From assembly GCF_000150275.1 (NCBI RefSeq), contig NW_002060945.1:6135246-6199245 (forward strand): a DNA stretch of 64,000 nucleotides. Reading direction: 5' to 3'. Under the pieces are notes generated by a model. The model did not search any database and was not told where the DNA came from. It saw only the letters and a program-made list of their open reading frames with translations. The DNA is from Trichoplax adhaerens (Eukaryota; Animalia; Placozoa). Every line of letters starts with the position of its first letter. The stretch's first letter is position 1. This document shows positions 61,493 through 64,000 of the stretch, piece by piece. The position numbers and the translations under genes are program-made.

Positions 61493-64000
61493 CTAACACT
61501 GCCTGGGAATAGGAAATTTAAGCCAAAGATGATCGGTTTGCGACACCAAAGGTTTATCGGATTTTCGATGAAATTCAACAAGTTGACTGACACTATCAAA
61601 TTTGTAGTCCTGTGTTTTAACCTGCAATGATAATAACAAAAGTGTGAGATTAATATATTAAGATTAGCAGAGACAGAATAAAAGAATACTGCAATTTTGA
61701 GTATACAAAGGATGTTGTTATCGGAGAGCCATTGGGCAGTCCATTGACTTACTATGCCTTGCTCATTAGTAACAAGAACGTGATGTGGTACGTTATCGAT
61801 CATGCCGCTTAATACAAATTGCATAGGGTTGTTTACACTTTGTCGAATTAGAAATTGACCATTTTTTTGCAATAGTTTCTCCGCATCACCACGACTAAGA
61901 CCCCCATGATACCAGAGTTCACGTTGGAGTTTTGCTAACCCTGCATTAATTAAAGTTATTACTCTATTAATGAATTCAGTAGCGAAGATCTTATCGATAT
62001 ACTGTAAATAACGATGATTATTTCTAGGAAAGTAAACTGTAAATTCTGATATTTACCGACACTATTAGCCACATGAGATGGAACCTAAACATGCATGGAA
62101 AAAGTAGAACATCAGTAAGGAAGATCAATCGAACATGTTATTATTGCATGAGTTGATAACATACATCAAAATTGACGATATTATAATATTCCGGTGGGCT
62201 CGTGTTGATGTAAACATCTTGTGGATTATTGGAGGCCATCACTTCTGCCCATGGATCATTAGTAGCAACTAAATGGCTATCCTTTAACCTATCATTAATA
62301 TTTCCTGTCGTATCCTATCGATTAAACATATTGATAGCTTAAATAAAAGTATTAGAGATTGAAATACTGCCATACCATAGGTACTTATATTACGTTGGTA
62401 TAACTTCAAAATTATAATGACTTACAGATAAATCGATTAAGGCAACTTCGGTTTCGATATGGGCTGATTGGCTGCGCAAAACTTTAGGTGGTACCTAATT
62501 TTTCGATTAAAAATAAAAGTTACTTATGCTCTACTACTAAGAAGTAATTGATTGATTATAACTTTGTTACCGATAAGTTTTGATCATCTGGTGGAGCAGT
62601 GCCTCGCAATTGAACAGGAGCAACGCTTTGCAATTCAGGAGGAACAGAGGTTTGTAACTCAGGAGGAGCTGACGGTTGTCTGGTTAACGTTCTGATAATA
62701 TCATCATTGATATATTTCGCCTACACATACATGGACAATATACTCTTATTAATTCATTCTTGAAAGAGCTGCATTGCTTACAATACAAATTGGCAAATTT
62801 TGTACCTGAGATTCCAGCTCATTAACATCTTTGTTCTTAGACATATTACTAACACATAGAAATTGCGAGAAGATGAAAAAGTATAGTTAAAGATAGGTAC
62901 GAATAGAACATATAAAAATAAGGACTACAGGGCCTACTTTGGAATTTCACCATCGACTGCTTGCTGAGCGCTTGCTCTAGCTTGTTTGGTAGTTCTTTTA
63001 TAACACAATTCAAAAGCTTGACCAAGTGTTACCACCAAACAGTCAGCAACGTCATTTTCACAGGAGAAGACGTAGCAGCCTTGATTAATTGAAATATGTC
63101 AATTTTATTTGTCTCGAAGTAATTTCCAATCATTCTTTATTTAATCTTATGGCTTGAACACAAATAATAAAAGATTGTTCAGAAATGAGCGTTCAAGTCT
63201 AAACTTACATCTTTTGTCTGCAGATTCTTTAGCGACATAGGCTAAAAACTGAGATTGTTCCTATCATTGTATATAGAAATTTTGGTCAGTGTTATCAGGA
63301 AATATTGTGATAAACTTGAATAAAAAAATATGAGACATATATCAAATTCAAACCTTTTCACCGCAAGCAACGTAGGAAATGCCTTTGACGCTGTGATTGA
63401 AAATACTCTGATACATGAAATTATAATTAATACATGTGTATAAATGTTATAAAATAGTCGCTTAGCATCTATTGCTCAATACGAGTATAGTATAAAACTT
63501 GATCATCATTAGGAATACTGCATCATAATATACTAATGGCATACCTCGTTTAACTTGATATCATAAGTAATCACTTGAGTTACAGTCACGGCTACACCAA
63601 CTTCATGACCAACAAATGAATTTTTAGCATAAGCTAAGAAAATGAAGATCAAATATGATTGATGTTAAGTAATCCAAGTAACGATATATAAGATCCTATT
63701 TAATTTGTCAATCCACTTTAGCAATAGGCACAATCAATTGATTGTAATCGTGATTACCGCCGAGAAACTTTGCTGCTTGCTTGCTCATCTAAATTGAAAT
63801 ATAATATAAAGGAATATTCGAGATGAAAACTATGAAGACGTCTATGGTTAAGGCTGTAGCTATTCATTTTTCAGCGTTATATTCGACTGCTTAGTACTAG
63901 AGAAGGTGCGCCTATATAATTATTGATTTGTTGAGGTTGTCAGTACCTTTCGTTTTTTCATATCCTTGTACGGGCCACATTTTGTTTCTATCGCGCATTT
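61493..64000 (-). CDS. SHC: Shc-family adaptor (PTB-CH1-SH2); 5' part extends beyond the window
   Basis: PTB exons SIFNHSVKGISYVACG|EQSQFLAYVAKESADKR|CYVFSCENDVADCLVVTLGQAFELCYK; CH1 with YIN and YYN motifs; SH2 LQRELWYHGGLSRGDAEKLLQKNGQFLIRQS...QFVLSG...HHVLVTNEQGI|VKTQDYKFDSVSQLVEFH...P; stop at 61495-61493. Confidence 0.93.

Overview
AT-rich eukaryotic, almost certainly animal, genomic DNA with many short GT-AG introns; the style fits a compact non-bilaterian genome such as a placozoan, but that is inference only. Gene order: 3' part of a diverged eEF2 paralog (+), canonical EEF2 (+), a candidate telomerase RNA gene (-, ~11846-12465), a long coiled-coil protein (+), RPS15 (-), a triplicated ~300-bp promoter module with an orphan 123-aa ORF, MPP10 (+), NDUFS7 (-), an intergenic region rich in inverted repeats with a degraded M16-peptidase-like fragment and a strongly folding ~400-nt segment, DENND4 (+), a FAM219 homolog (+) that the ORF track catches only in fragments, and a Shc-family adaptor (-, 5' end outside the window). 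Highlights: (1) the telomerase RNA candidate, with a 9-nt TTAGGG template, P1 boundary helix, a P3 pseudoknot helix resembling the vertebrate one, a long P4-like rod and H/ACA boxes; (2) an intact but fast-diverging tandem eEF2 copy with substitutions around the diphthamide histidine; (3) an unassigned structured-RNA candidate upstream of DENND4. All exon maps and base pairings were read by eye; no searches or folding programs were run.
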